From an uncultured cyanobacterium (GTDB lineage Bacteria; Cyanobacteriota; Cyanobacteriia; Phormidesmidales; Phormidesmidaceae), in the NCBI GenBank assembly GCA_963793265.1, contig CAWBZI010000001.1:1088001-1152000 (forward strand): 64,000 nucleotides of DNA. Direction: 5' to 3'. Position numbers and translations under genes: made by a program. Numbering within the stretch: the first letter of the stretch is position 1; each line of letters begins with the position of its first letter. Below, one piece after another: positions 51,001 through 61,052 of the stretch. Under the pieces are notes generated by a model, which saw only the letters and a list, made by a program, of their open reading frames with translations, did not search any database and had not been told where the DNA came from.

Positions 51001-53016
51001 ATGACTTTTGGAGACTCGATGCGCGCGCTAAAGCGTACTTTGATCAAAAGCAGCACCGTCCTTTGCAGCAGTGCGCTGAGCTGTCTGCCCCTTACGGTAG
51101 CGGCTGAGGCAATCGCACCTCCTCACCCAGCCGAAATTTTGCCAGGCAGCACCCCGTCAGCCGTTGTCATCTCGTCTGATCCGGCAAGCTGGACAGCGCT
51201 AGAGCAGTTTGAACTCTTTGCTAAAATCACCCGCTTTGTTACAAGTTCTGGGCTAGGTGATAGCGATGGCTTAGGCAACCCTGCGGGCTTGTTTTTTGCA
51301 CCGCCTGGCACCAACTACACCACAGAAATTACGCCGTGGATTGGAGAGAAGATTGTCATAGCGATTTTGCCGGACACCACGCCGCGCAGCATTGCCGTCA
51401 ACGATCTTTCGACAGAATCGGTGGTGGTGGTGCCCGTAGCTGACGAGTCGAAGCTAGCGCCCTTTTTAGAGAAGCTCGAAACCTCTAGAGCTGAAGCGCC
51501 TGACAAGAGTATGTACGGGGATGCTGCCCTGTGGGTGTGGCCTACTCGTGAAGAGAGTTTGTATCCCGACGAGGGAAGCTGGGAGGAAGAATGGGAAGAG
51601 AACTGGCAAGGTCTGCCTGAAGTGCCTCATGAAGAGATCGAAGACTTTTCGGACGCGGATACAAAAATAAGGAACTCTGTTGGAACTAAGGCTGCTTCTG
51701 TTGAAGTTCTATCACCGCCGCCCGAAGTTTTTAACAAAGAAGATTACGACACCTACACCGTGCAGGGAAAAGCTGTTGCACAAATTGACGGCTACCTCAT
51801 CTTTGCACCTGAGCCAGAAACGCTTAAAAAGCTGTTGGACTATCGTCAGTTTGACTATCCTCGATTAAGCGATAATGAGTTGTTTTTGAGATCGCAGTAT
51901 GGAGAAGCCGAAGGGGCGATCGCGCGCATCTACGGCAACCTTTCAGAAGTCGCCAAATTCAACCTTGATGGCGGATTAGGATTATCCTCTTCTACCCCCA
52001 ACATTCCAAACATCCCAGGCATTCCGCGACTCCCAGGCATACCCAAATTTCCAACAGCTCCCTCACTGACCCTGCCGCAAGAGAACCAGGCGCTACTTGC
52101 TAAAGCCCTAGAAGGCATGACCTTTGATAGCTTGATTTATCCTCAATCAGAAGGGTTACGAATTCAGGGCCGCGTATACGGCAACAATCTTATTCGCAGC
52201 AACGCCACCCCTGAATTGCCCTATGCCGACTCAGCCCTAAGCTTTGTGCCTGCCCCCAGTTACGCGCTCAACAGCGGACGCAATATTGCTGGGTTATGGA
52301 AACAACTGGCCCGGCAGCTTTCGCGCAACGCCACCGCGCGCGACTACCTTGAGCAGGCCAGAAGCACAGTCACTCTATTCACCGGATTGGATCTTGATAC
52401 TGAACTTATCGGCTGGATGGATAGAGAATTTGTGCTGTTCTTTTTCCCTAGTCAGCAGGGCGCGATTAACAGCTTTTCGCCAGGGGCAGGGGTAGAAGTT
52501 GGCCTGGCGATTCAGACAAGCGATCGCCCCACCGCTCAAAAAGTACTCGACACTTTCGATAGCCTAACTGGCGGACTCGCCACCAACACCACCATTAACG
52601 ATGAACCCGCCGTAAGCTGGCAAGTTCCCTCCCCTACCGAGCCCACCAGCTACCTTAGCCATAGCTGGATTTCTGAAGACACCGTAGTCATCACCTCGGG
52701 CGCTGGGGCGATGGCTCAGCTCCTCAACAATTCTGCCTTTGAGCCCGTCAGCGAGCATCCTACCTTCATAAACGCCACAGATTCACTGGCAAAACCCAAC
52801 AACGGCTACAGCTATTACAACGCGGGCGCTACCTTTTCGCTGGCCTATGCACTGGTGAGCAAGTGGTTAGCGATCGCCCCTGACAATCCCACCTTTCAGC
52901 TTGTCAAAAGCTACCTCGGCACCATTCGCGGCGGCGGTGCTACCACCTCTAGCACTAACGAATACTGGCAGCTAGACTCACTCCTAAACCTAGCGCCTGC
53001 TGAACCATTGCCCTAA
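51001..53016 (+). CDS. DUF3352-like exported protein
   Basis: Signal-like N-terminus; ITPWIGE, GLDLDTELIGWMDREF, QTSDRPTAQ, PNNGYSY. Confidence 0.75.
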   Translation: MTFGDSMRALKRTLIKSSTVLCSSALSCLPLTVAAEAIAPPHPAEILPGSTPSAVVISSDPASWTALEQFELFAKITRFVTSSGLGDSDGLGNPAGLFFAPPGTNYTTEITPWIGEKIVIAILPDTTPRSIAVNDLSTESVVVVPVADESKLAPFLEKLETSRAEAPDKSMYGDAALWVWPTREESLYPDEGSWEEEWEENWQGLPEVPHEEIEDFSDADTKIRNSVGTKAASVEVLSPPPEVFNKEDYDTYTVQGKAVAQIDGYLIFAPEPETLKKLLDYRQFDYPRLSDNELFLRSQYGEAEGAIARIYGNLSEVAKFNLDGGLGLSSSTPNIPNIPGIPRLPGIPKFPTAPSLTLPQENQALLAKALEGMTFDSLIYPQSEGLRIQGRVYGNNLIRSNATPELPYADSALSFVPAPSYALNSGRNIAGLWKQLARQLSRNATARDYLEQARSTVTLFTGLDLDTELIGWMDREFVLFFFPSQQGAINSFSPGAGVEVGLAIQTSDRPTAQKVLDTFDSLTGGLATNTTINDEPAVSWQVPSPTEPTSYLSHSWISEDTVVITSGAGAMAQLLNNSAFEPVSEHPTFINATDSLAKPNNGYSYYNAGATFSLAYALVSKWLAIAPDNPTFQLVKSYLGTIRGGGATTSSTNEYWQLDSLLNLAPAEPLP

Positions 53017-53070
53017 CGCGCTAAGCTGAAAGCGCGTCGTCAAAATTAGGGGCTTCAGCCTTTATAGACT

Positions 53071-53943
53071 ATGGGCTTCAAGGATTCTAAAAACGAGTAT
53101 GGGCTGTGGCAGCGGGTGCAGCGCAACCTGATATGGCTGGGGCTGCTAGCTTTTGTATGGCTGTTTTGCAGCGGTCAGGCCACCGCCGAAACCCTGCGGG
53201 AGCGTCAGCAGTCTTTTCCCAACTGGCAAAACAAGCCGCCTGTACAAATTTCTGATGGGGATTTGGTGTATCCCAAGTGGATGGCGGGCACCTGGCGAAT
53301 GAATTCTACCCTGGTGGATATGGTGGCTCCGCTAGCGCCTGAAGTCGTGACGCCAGGCTTTGAAGGCAACCGACAGTTTCTATATAAGCCCGTTGCGGCA
53401 GTGATTAAGTTTATTCCGGTGACGGTTTCGCAGGGGCGATTTTTGAACAGGCCGCTGCCGCCGACCCGGTTAGAAGATGCGAATGATGATGAGATTCAGA
53501 TTGTCTCGGATCGCGCGTTTAACGGGCTGAGTTTGGCGAAAGCGTATTTAGGCGATGAGTGGGTGAAGTCGGTGAAAGTTGACCCGAACGATCCGAACCG
53601 GCAGATTACCTTCTTAAAAGATGACCAGCAGCTTATTTCGACGGTGACCGGGCGAACGGTAGAAACGCCAAACCAGGCGATGTTTGCGACCACAGAAGTA
53701 TTTCAACAGTATTTTCGCAACGCTAAGAATGCGAATGATGAGCCGACGGTGTATCTCAACGAAGTGGAGAATACAACGGTTTATCGCAAGCGGGCCGATC
53801 CTAATTTTCCGATTGATGCCGATCAAATTACGGCGATTTATCTATCACCGCAAGATCCGAACTACTTTAAGGCCAAAGACAAGCCGGTCGCGCTGTATCG
53901 GTATCAGCTTTCCTTTAGTCCGTTGCAGCCGAAGTCTTGGTAG
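53071..53943 (+). CDS. DUF6816-like exported protein
   Basis: GDLVYPKWMAGTW, SDRAFNGL, TAIYLSPQDPNYF, PVALYRY. Confidence 0.7.
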   Translation: MGFKDSKNEYGLWQRVQRNLIWLGLLAFVWLFCSGQATAETLRERQQSFPNWQNKPPVQISDGDLVYPKWMAGTWRMNSTLVDMVAPLAPEVVTPGFEGNRQFLYKPVAAVIKFIPVTVSQGRFLNRPLPPTRLEDANDDEIQIVSDRAFNGLSLAKAYLGDEWVKSVKVDPNDPNRQITFLKDDQQLISTVTGRTVETPNQAMFATTEVFQQYFRNAKNANDEPTVYLNEVENTTVYRKRADPNFPIDADQITAIYLSPQDPNYFKAKDKPVALYRYQLSFSPLQPKSW

Positions 53944-53946
53944 GCA

Positions 53947-54630
53947 CTAGCGACGGCGAGGGCGAGGATTGTAGTCGCCGGGATAGTCGTTTCTGTCGTT
54001 GTAAGGACGGTCGTAGTTGGGGCGATCGCCTGGGCGATCGTAGTTGGGCCTGCGGTCATAGGCGCGATCGTCGTAGTAGGGTCTGTCGCCGTAGTTAGGG
54101 CCGTAGCCAGGATTCGGATTTCTTTGGGGCGGATAGTTGCCTTGGGGTGGGTACTGGGGCTGATAGAAGCGATCGCGCTGCCGGTTGTGGCCTAGTACGT
54201 TATTTTCGACGTGCATTTTGAGCTGCTGGGCCATGCGGCGGAGTCCCTGGCGTTCGTCTTGACGGATGAAGGGCAGGAAGACTTTGGAGAGTATGCCGGA
54301 GAAGTTTTCGCGGTGGAGGTAGCGGGTGCGGCCTGGGACGGTTTCGCGTAGCTCGAACATGTGCTCGCTGCGAAGACCGGGAATGGTGGATACCCAGCGC
54401 ATCACGTAGGGCGATCGCATCATGGTAATCAGCGGTTGAAACTCAGTTTCTTCATCACCTTCTAAGCGCTGCATTGATAGAAATATTTCGCCGCCGCGCT
54501 GCATTGGCAAGCTAGGATCGCAGTCGAATAAAAAGGTATTCCAAAAGCGCCACTGATCTTTGCGAATGAGCGCATCCCAAACGACGCTTTGGGGGGCGTT
54601 GATATCAATTTCAGCGTAGAGGGTGGGCAT
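53947..54630 (-). CDS. SRPBCC (polyketide cyclase-like) domain protein with low-complexity tail
   Basis: EIDINAP..VWDAL..WNTF..SEHMFEL..HRENFSG; YDRP repeats at C-terminus. Confidence 0.82.
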   Translation of the reverse strand: MPTLYAEIDINAPQSVVWDALIRKDQWRFWNTFLFDCDPSLPMQRGGEIFLSMQRLEGDEETEFQPLITMMRSPYVMRWVSTIPGLRSEHMFELRETVPGRTRYLHRENFSGILSKVFLPFIRQDERQGLRRMAQQLKMHVENNVLGHNRQRDRFYQPQYPPQGNYPPQRNPNPGYGPNYGDRPYYDDRAYDRRPNYDRPGDRPNYDRPYNDRNDYPGDYNPRPRRR

Positions 54631-54788
54631 GGGAAATAAAGATACGGTTTAAGGTGCAAATACAGATAAATGATAGTAGCGGCGAGACGCAGTTGGACTT
54701 AATATTCCCTAGTGGCTGTGCCCTTTATTTTTTCACTAGGTCGCTTCCATAAGCCGCACACTCCTCTTATAAGTTAATCATTTTTCCT

Positions 54789-56180
54789 ATGGTCAGTTTG
54801 ACGCCTAATCCTAGCTACAGTGTAACGCTCCGCATTAAGCTGCCCAATCAGGTAAATCGGCTCTCGGCAGTGATAGAGGCGATCGCCCAGGCTGAGGGCA
54901 ACCTTGGCAACATTGAAGTGATTGAAAAAAGCCGCGAGTACATTATTCGCGAGATTGCGGTTGATGCGGCGAGTACTGAGGCGGCTGAGAATATTGAAAA
55001 GGCGGTGCGATCGCTTCCTACCGTCGAAGTATTAGAAGTATACGACCGTACCTTTGCCCTACACCGGGGCGGCAAGCTGCGGGTAGAAGCCAAGATCCCC
55101 CTACGTGAGCAAGACGATTTGGCGATGGCCTATACCCCAGGCGTCGGCAGGGTTTGCGTCGAAATTGCCAAGCATCCAGAGCGCGTATACGACCTGACGA
55201 TTAAAGGTAATACGGTGGCAATTGTCAGCGACGGCAGCGCGGTATTGGGCTTAGGCAACCTGGGTGCTGAAGGCTCTATGCCGGTAATGGAAGGCAAGGC
55301 CATGCTGTTTAAAGAATTCGCGGGGCTCGACGCCTTTCCGATTTGCCTGGACACGCAAGACACCGAAGAAATCATTGAAACCGTCAAGCGCATCGCCCCC
55401 GTATTTGGCGCTGTGAACTTAGAAGACATCAGCGCCCCCCGCTGCTTTGAAATCGAACGGCGGCTTCAGGAAGACCTGGACATTCCAATTTTTCATGATG
55501 ACCAGCACGGCACCGCGATTGTGAGCCTCGCTGCGCTGACCAATTCGCTAAAAGTTGTTAACAAGCAAATCGGTGATATTCAACTGGTGATCAACGGGGC
55601 CGGAGCCGCGGGGCTTTCGATGGGGCGGCTGTTTCAAAAAGCGGGCCTGAAAAACCTGATTATCTGCGATTCTAAAGGCATTATCAGCAGCGATAGAGAT
55701 AACCTCAATGAGGCCAAAAAGGCATTCGCCGTGTCCGAATCTGGCAGCTTAGCCGACGCGATGAAAGGTGCTGACGTATTTATGGGCGTGAGTGCCCCCG
55801 GCGTGGTGAGTGTGGAGATGGTGAAGTCTATGGCCGCTGGGCCCATCGTATTTGCGATGGCGAACCCCGTGCCCGAAATTCAGCCCGAGCTGGTGCAGGA
55901 TATCGCGGCGGTGATTGCGACCGGGCGCAGTGACTATCCGAACCAGATTAATAATGTGCTGGCCTTTCCGGGTGTGATTCGGGGGGCGGTGGACTGCCGG
56001 GCGCAGGCAATTACGATTGAGATGTTTTTGGCGGCGAGTGGTGCGATCGCTTCCCTCATCCCAGAAAACGAACTTGCACCAAACAACATCATGCCCTCAG
56101 TATTTGACGCGAGAGTGGCCCCGGCAGTATCAGCCGCCGTGCAGGAAGTGGCCAGATCGGCAGGCATTGCGAAGAAGTGA
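54789..56180 (+). CDS. Malic enzyme with N-terminal ACT domain
   Basis: AYTPGV, DGSAVLGLGN, NLEDI, FHDDQHGTA, NGAGAAG, ATGRSDYPNQINN. Confidence 0.95.
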   Translation: MVSLTPNPSYSVTLRIKLPNQVNRLSAVIEAIAQAEGNLGNIEVIEKSREYIIREIAVDAASTEAAENIEKAVRSLPTVEVLEVYDRTFALHRGGKLRVEAKIPLREQDDLAMAYTPGVGRVCVEIAKHPERVYDLTIKGNTVAIVSDGSAVLGLGNLGAEGSMPVMEGKAMLFKEFAGLDAFPICLDTQDTEEIIETVKRIAPVFGAVNLEDISAPRCFEIERRLQEDLDIPIFHDDQHGTAIVSLAALTNSLKVVNKQIGDIQLVINGAGAAGLSMGRLFQKAGLKNLIICDSKGIISSDRDNLNEAKKAFAVSESGSLADAMKGADVFMGVSAPGVVSVEMVKSMAAGPIVFAMANPVPEIQPELVQDIAAVIATGRSDYPNQINNVLAFPGVIRGAVDCRAQAITIEMFLAASGAIASLIPENELAPNNIMPSVFDARVAPAVSAAVQEVARSAGIAKK

Positions 56181-56268
56181 AGCCTAACCCAGGGATGATT
56201 TGTGCATCCCCCCATTGTCATAGACTACTCATCAAACGCCCAATAAGAAATAGACAAGGACGCTCACT

Positions 56269-56751
56269 ATGCTAAACGAAGCTGCTAAGAAAACCATGCT
56301 CCGCAAAATTCCTCACGGACTGTACGTATGCGGGGTAAAAGATGGCGATGATGTCAATGGCTTTACAGCAAGCTGGGTGATGCAGGCTTCTTTTGAGCCG
56401 CCTTTGGTCGTGACGTGTGTAAAAGCTGATTCTACGTCGCACGCGATGATCAAGTCGGGCGGTGTGTTTGCACTCAGCATTTTAGAAGACAATCAGAAAG
56501 AGGTGGCACAGAACTTCTTTAAGCCGTTGCGACGGACGGGCAACAAGTTTGAAGATATTGAGTTTTATCCTGGTGAAGAGACGGGTTGCCCGATTATCAA
56601 AGATTCTTTGGGCTATGTGGAATGTAATGTTGTTGGTTCTGTAGAGAAGGGTGACCACACGGTATTTGTTGGAGAAGTGGTGGGTGCAGGTGAGCACCGT
56701 GAGGGTAAGCCGTTGATCTTAGAAGATACTGGCTGGAACTACGGTGGGTAA
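56269..56751 (+). CDS. Flavin reductase family protein
   Basis: NGFTASWVMQASFEPP, GDHTVFVGEV. Confidence 0.9.
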   Translation: MLNEAAKKTMLRKIPHGLYVCGVKDGDDVNGFTASWVMQASFEPPLVVTCVKADSTSHAMIKSGGVFALSILEDNQKEVAQNFFKPLRRTGNKFEDIEFYPGEETGCPIIKDSLGYVECNVVGSVEKGDHTVFVGEVVGAGEHREGKPLILEDTGWNYGG

Positions 56752-56789
56752 GTTTTGTTTGATTTGAGGGGGTGAGCGATCGCATTTGT

Positions 56790-57001
56790 ACTATGCTGAC
56801 GCCAGGCAAGTTTTGGCAAAGCTAAGCGGGGTCAAAATCCCTGGGAGGTTTGCCAAAACGCCAGAACCTTGACAATTCAATACTTTCAAAGACTTTCACG
56901 GCGATGTGATTTCCTTTCTCTTGGGCGATTTGACTTGAAAACGGCACCTTTGCCAAAACTGCTCGCAGAATGCCTGTAGAATAAAGGACACAGAGGCCGG
57001 A
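56790..57001 (+). promoter_or_regulatory. CRISPR leader
   Basis: Non-coding region before the first perfect repeat, with repeated TTTGCCAAAA/TTTTGGCAAA motifs; the degenerate repeats are at the opposite end. Confidence 0.75.
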
Positions 57002-58943
57002 CGCGCCATTCACTAATCCCGATCATCGGGACTGAAACGCTTTCATCGCATTAAGCACACGCCTAGGCTCATTGACGCGCCATTCACTAATCCCGATCAT
57101 CGGGACTGAAACATCTGTGCAGTCTTCTGGTCGAGGCTGGTCGTCACCGCGCCATTCACTAATCCCGATCATCGGGACTGAAACTTTCTCTCTTAAATTC
57201 GGCATGTGTTTGCTTGCGGCCGCGCCATTCACTAATCCCGATCATCGGGACTGAAACTTCAACGCAATCGTTTAGTGGAAGAGATCGAGCTGACTTACGC
57301 GCCATTCACTAATCCCGATCATCGGGACTGAAACCTGACTATCATTCCGGCCGAAGCGTACCAGCCTCGTCATAACGCGCCATTCACTAATCCCGATCAT
57401 CGGGACTGAAACGCGACGTCTTCGACACAGGCAATACCTGTCTTCCCGACGCGCCATTCACTAATCCCGATCATCGGGACTGAAACTAACTCTTCTCCAT
57501 TCGCGATCGCCCGTATCAAACGCGCCATTCACTAATCCCGATCATCGGGACTGAAACACTTATGCCGCGCATCGTCGCCCTGGGTGCCGGTCGCGCCATT
57601 CACTAATCCCGATCATCGGGACTGAAACTATTTAAGGCAATTAGAGCGGGCCGCAAACACTGTCCGCGCCATTCACTAATCCCGATCATCGGGACTGAAA
57701 CGATGGATGATCGAGCAGTCAATGCAGCAATCGGGCGCGCCATTCACTAATCCCGATCATCGGGACTGAAACAATCCTGAGCAGTACGGGCTACTCGCTG
57801 ATGCTATCGCGCCATTCACTAATCCCGATCATCGGGACTGAAACAACATTGGCGAGTTTCGATCTCGTCTGGTCGGAAAATACGCGCCATTCACTAATCC
57901 CGATCATCGGGACTGAAACATTTCGATTCCTCGGTGGATAGCCTATCATTGCTCCAACGCGCCATTCACTAATCCCGATCATCGGGACTGAAACACATCT
58001 GACGGCTATCTACCTGTGATAGCTGGTGACGCGCCATTCACTAATCCCGATCATCGGGACTGAAACCGCCAACTCTCTGCCATTGCGATCGGGCATTACA
58101 AACGCGCCATTCACTAATCCCGATCATCGGGACTGAAACAGTCACGCGTTATCCCATGTAAATACATTTCCTACACGCGCCATTCACTAATCCCGATCAT
58201 CGGGACTGAAACTGTCTCTATTGTTCCAGCTACTGATGACCTAGTACCGCGCCATTCACTAATCCCGATCATCGGGACTGAAACATCTAGAGGTTGGCTC
58301 AGAGTATTGGCGGCATTCTCTCTTCACGCGCCATTCACTAATCCCGATCATCGGGACTGAAACGTGTGACTGGGCTTTGGCTACGCCGTGACCTTCCACG
58401 CGCCATTCACTAATCCCGATCATCGGGACTGAAACGCCGCACTGCCGAACTGCTGAGTAAAGAGTCTAGTCGCGCCATTCACTAATCCCGATCATCGGGA
58501 CTGAAACAAAAATTTTCATAGCGTGAGTATTGCTCAAACACGGTCCGCGCCATTCACTAATCCCGATCATCGGGACTGAAACCTGCGGTTGTTCTTGAAT
58601 TTCTAAATGCTGAGGTCGCGCCATTCACTAATCCCGATCATCGGGACTGAAACTCCTTCTGATAGCAACTAGTGCCACAGGTCTTCAGCGCGCCATTCAC
58701 TAATCCCGATCATCGGGACTGAAACCTAAGGCTGTGCGCTATGGCTTGACGGATGCGATCGCGCGCCATTCACTAATCCCGATCATCGGGACTGAAACGT
58801 GCAGCTCGCCAGCATAGAACCCCAGCTAGAGATCGCGCCATTCACTAATCCCGATCATCAGGACTGAAACCTGCCTGACTGGCTGCTCCAGCGGCAAGAG
58901 CAAACACGCGCCGTTCGCTAATCCCAATCATCGAGGCTGAAAC
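57002..58943 (+). CRISPR. Type I-D CRISPR array: 27 repeats of 37 bp (CGCGCCATTCACTAATCCCGATCATCGGGACTGAAAC), 26 spacers of about 34-42 bp
   Basis: Counted by eye; internal hairpin TCCCGAT/ATCGGGA, 3' ACTGAAAC handle; repeat 26 has one change and repeat 27 is degenerate. Confidence 0.98.
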
Positions 58944-58979
58944 ATGGTTGACAAGCAAACTAGCGAATACTGAACTGTT

Positions 58980-59612
58980 CTAAGTGAAGCGCCGTTCGTT
59001 CACTCTACGCTGACAATCCTCTAAAATATTTTTCAGCTCATCGACTTGGCTCGGCAACAACTCACGAGCCAGCACCTTAAACATCTTGTCGAAATTAACA
59101 CCACTACACTGCATCAGCAAACCGGAAATATCGTTTTCGTATGTCATCGCCCGACGCTGTTGCCCCTGTTGGTACAGACTAGGAAGTGCATATAGCTTCA
59201 GCAGAATAATGCCTTCAGGCGATGCTCTAACAATCTCTTTATCCCCTATAGCTACACTATCCAAACAGTGAGTCATCACGTATTCAAAAATAGGATTGTT
59301 CCTATACAAAGCGTCGATCCGAGTACCTTGATACAGGTAGCGCCCAAAGTTCGGATCACTACTTTCCTTCTCAAGCTCCTCTACCTGCTCAATATCATTT
59401 TTAGCGATGATAAAATCAAAGTCATCAGTCGGCCTAGCGCAATCGTCTATCGTCATTAAGGCCGCGCCACCTACAAGCGCATACGCTATATTTTTGGCCT
59501 CTAGCAGCTCAATAAAGGCAGTAAGCTGATGAGTATTTATCATTGCGGTAATGCCTGTATTACTAGCAGGATGAAGCGTATTGATCATAATTGGTAACAA
59601 GATTACAAGCAC
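58980..59612 (-). CDS. Pol-beta superfamily nucleotidyltransferase (AbiEii/DUF6036-like)
   Basis: YALVGGAAL..RPTDDFDF (GG + DxD), ASPEGIILLKL..DI. Confidence 0.72.
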   Translation of the reverse strand: MLVILLPIMINTLHPASNTGITAMINTHQLTAFIELLEAKNIAYALVGGAALMTIDDCARPTDDFDFIIAKNDIEQVEELEKESSDPNFGRYLYQGTRIDALYRNNPIFEYVMTHCLDSVAIGDKEIVRASPEGIILLKLYALPSLYQQGQQRRAMTYENDISGLLMQCSGVNFDKMFKVLARELLPSQVDELKNILEDCQRRVNERRFT

Positions 59613-59696
59613 CGTAGGCTTATCTATATTAGTTCACGCTTGTTAGCGTATCGCTGTAACCATTTCACTTTTTGGCAGGGAAAGAGTGCTATGTCC

Positions 59697-60569
59697 CTAC
59701 AAATAGCGCTGAGCCATAGACTGAACGGTTGCTTGTATACGACTTCTAAGCGCAGGCGGGCTTATCACTTCACAGTCTGCGCCGTAGGGCAAAATATCGC
59801 GCTCGAACCAAAAGCTACTGCTAATAGAACGAACGATCCGGCGAGTACGCGGGGCATCAGGAAGCCACTCCACCACAACATCTTGGCCCCTTTTACTGCT
59901 GTAGCCAAAGGCCAATCCACCATATAAATGCATCTCTACCTCAAGCGTATCAAGACCCTTGCGCCACTGCTGCGAGCTGCGATCACCTGGTGTTATAGCC
60001 GTGACTGCCGCGTCTGTAATGCGATCTAGCCGCAGTGTGCGGTTGTGCTCAAGGTCGGGCAGGTCTTTGTTGCCGTCAGTCTCGGCGCACCAGCAGTCTA
60101 AATATTGGCGATCGCCCCTCGGCACGATTTTGGCGTAGTAGATATTAAAGTGAAATATTTGATCTCTTGGATCTTGATAGGAGAGCTGAAAAGGCCGCTC
60201 GCGCTTAATGTACCTTTCTATCTCTATACGCCAGGGATGGATATCGCGCTCTAAAAAAGTATCGAGTTCCTGACGCAGCGGAATGGTAAGTTCTGAGCGA
60301 GCACGCAGCAGCTCGGCAATGGCTACAGCGTCTTGAACCCTTCCCATATCAACCAATAGCCCCCGAATGCGATCAAGCAGCACAATGCGCTCAATGGGCC
60401 AGTCGTTGTTGTGAGCTATTTTGAGGGTTTGGCGGGCGATCGCTTCGATGAGCTTGGAAATGTTGGCGCGATCGCCCCACCTCATCCCATACTCAAGCGC
60501 CAGTTCCTCTAACCGAGCCTTATCCTCATCGGATAGCGAAATAGTGATTGAACGCCCTTTACGACCCAT
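59697..60569 (-). CDS. RHH-WYL transcriptional regulator associated with type I-D CRISPR-Cas
   Basis: MGRKGRSITISLS..ANISKLIEAIAR (RHH), YLDCWC, RTLRLDRI, YGADCEVISPPALR; ATG at 60569 preferred. Confidence 0.9.
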   Translation of the reverse strand: MGRKGRSITISLSDEDKARLEELALEYGMRWGDRANISKLIEAIARQTLKIAHNNDWPIERIVLLDRIRGLLVDMGRVQDAVAIAELLRARSELTIPLRQELDTFLERDIHPWRIEIERYIKRERPFQLSYQDPRDQIFHFNIYYAKIVPRGDRQYLDCWCAETDGNKDLPDLEHNRTLRLDRITDAAVTAITPGDRSSQQWRKGLDTLEVEMHLYGGLAFGYSSKRGQDVVVEWLPDAPRTRRIVRSISSSFWFERDILPYGADCEVISPPALRSRIQATVQSMAQRYL

Positions 60570-60800
60570 GCGTCTTCTTGCCTTATTTTGTACGTACACT
60601 TTATTTAAATTTGAACGAACACATCTGATTGATACTGTTAATATAGCCTTATAAACAAAGGAGAGTACATTTTATCCGCTTTGGCACTGAGTTTATGTTT
60701 AGAAAAAATACGTAATTCCAGCGTTAGAGCAAAACCCTAATTAAAGACGCTAGATTTACCCTGTTGCTGAGGCCATCATGCAGAACTCAGAGGTAGCTTA

Positions 60801-61037
60801 ATGAACGACAACAATATACTCTCTCGAATTTCTGTCAATCCTGAGATTTGTTTTGGCAAGCCTTGCATTAGAGGACATCGTATATGGGTGACCCTAATTT
60901 TGGACTGTTTATCAGCAGGTGAAACAATTGAAAGTATCTTAGAAGCTTACCCAAGTATTCAGAGAGAAGATGTACTCGCCTGCATTGCTTACGGTGCAGA
61001 AACTATTAGAAAAATGCTACACAGAGACGGCGAATAG
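60801..61037 (+). CDS. DUF433 family protein (antitoxin-like)
   Basis: RISVNPEICFGKPCIRGHRIWV..GETIESILEAYPSI..EDVLACIAY. Confidence 0.92.
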   Translation: MNDNNILSRISVNPEICFGKPCIRGHRIWVTLILDCLSAGETIESILEAYPSIQREDVLACIAYGAETIRKMLHRDGE

Positions 61038-61052
61038 GAGAATTCAAGTCTT

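Noticed and set aside
53947..54190. Repetitive DNA at the SRPBCC 3' end (also ycf66 tail and wzy SQPT repeats)
   Set aside because: Explained by low-complexity protein tails
56822..57982. Short ORFs containing VSVPMIGISEWR
   Set aside because: Translations of the CRISPR leader and repeats
57002..58943. Self-targeting spacers within the window
   Set aside because: No match noticed by eye; not exhaustive and needs an alignment
58989..58998. GCGCCGTTCG resembling a 28th degenerate repeat
   Set aside because: Only 10 bp match, no hairpin or GAAAC end, and it lies inside the nucleotidyltransferase coding sequence
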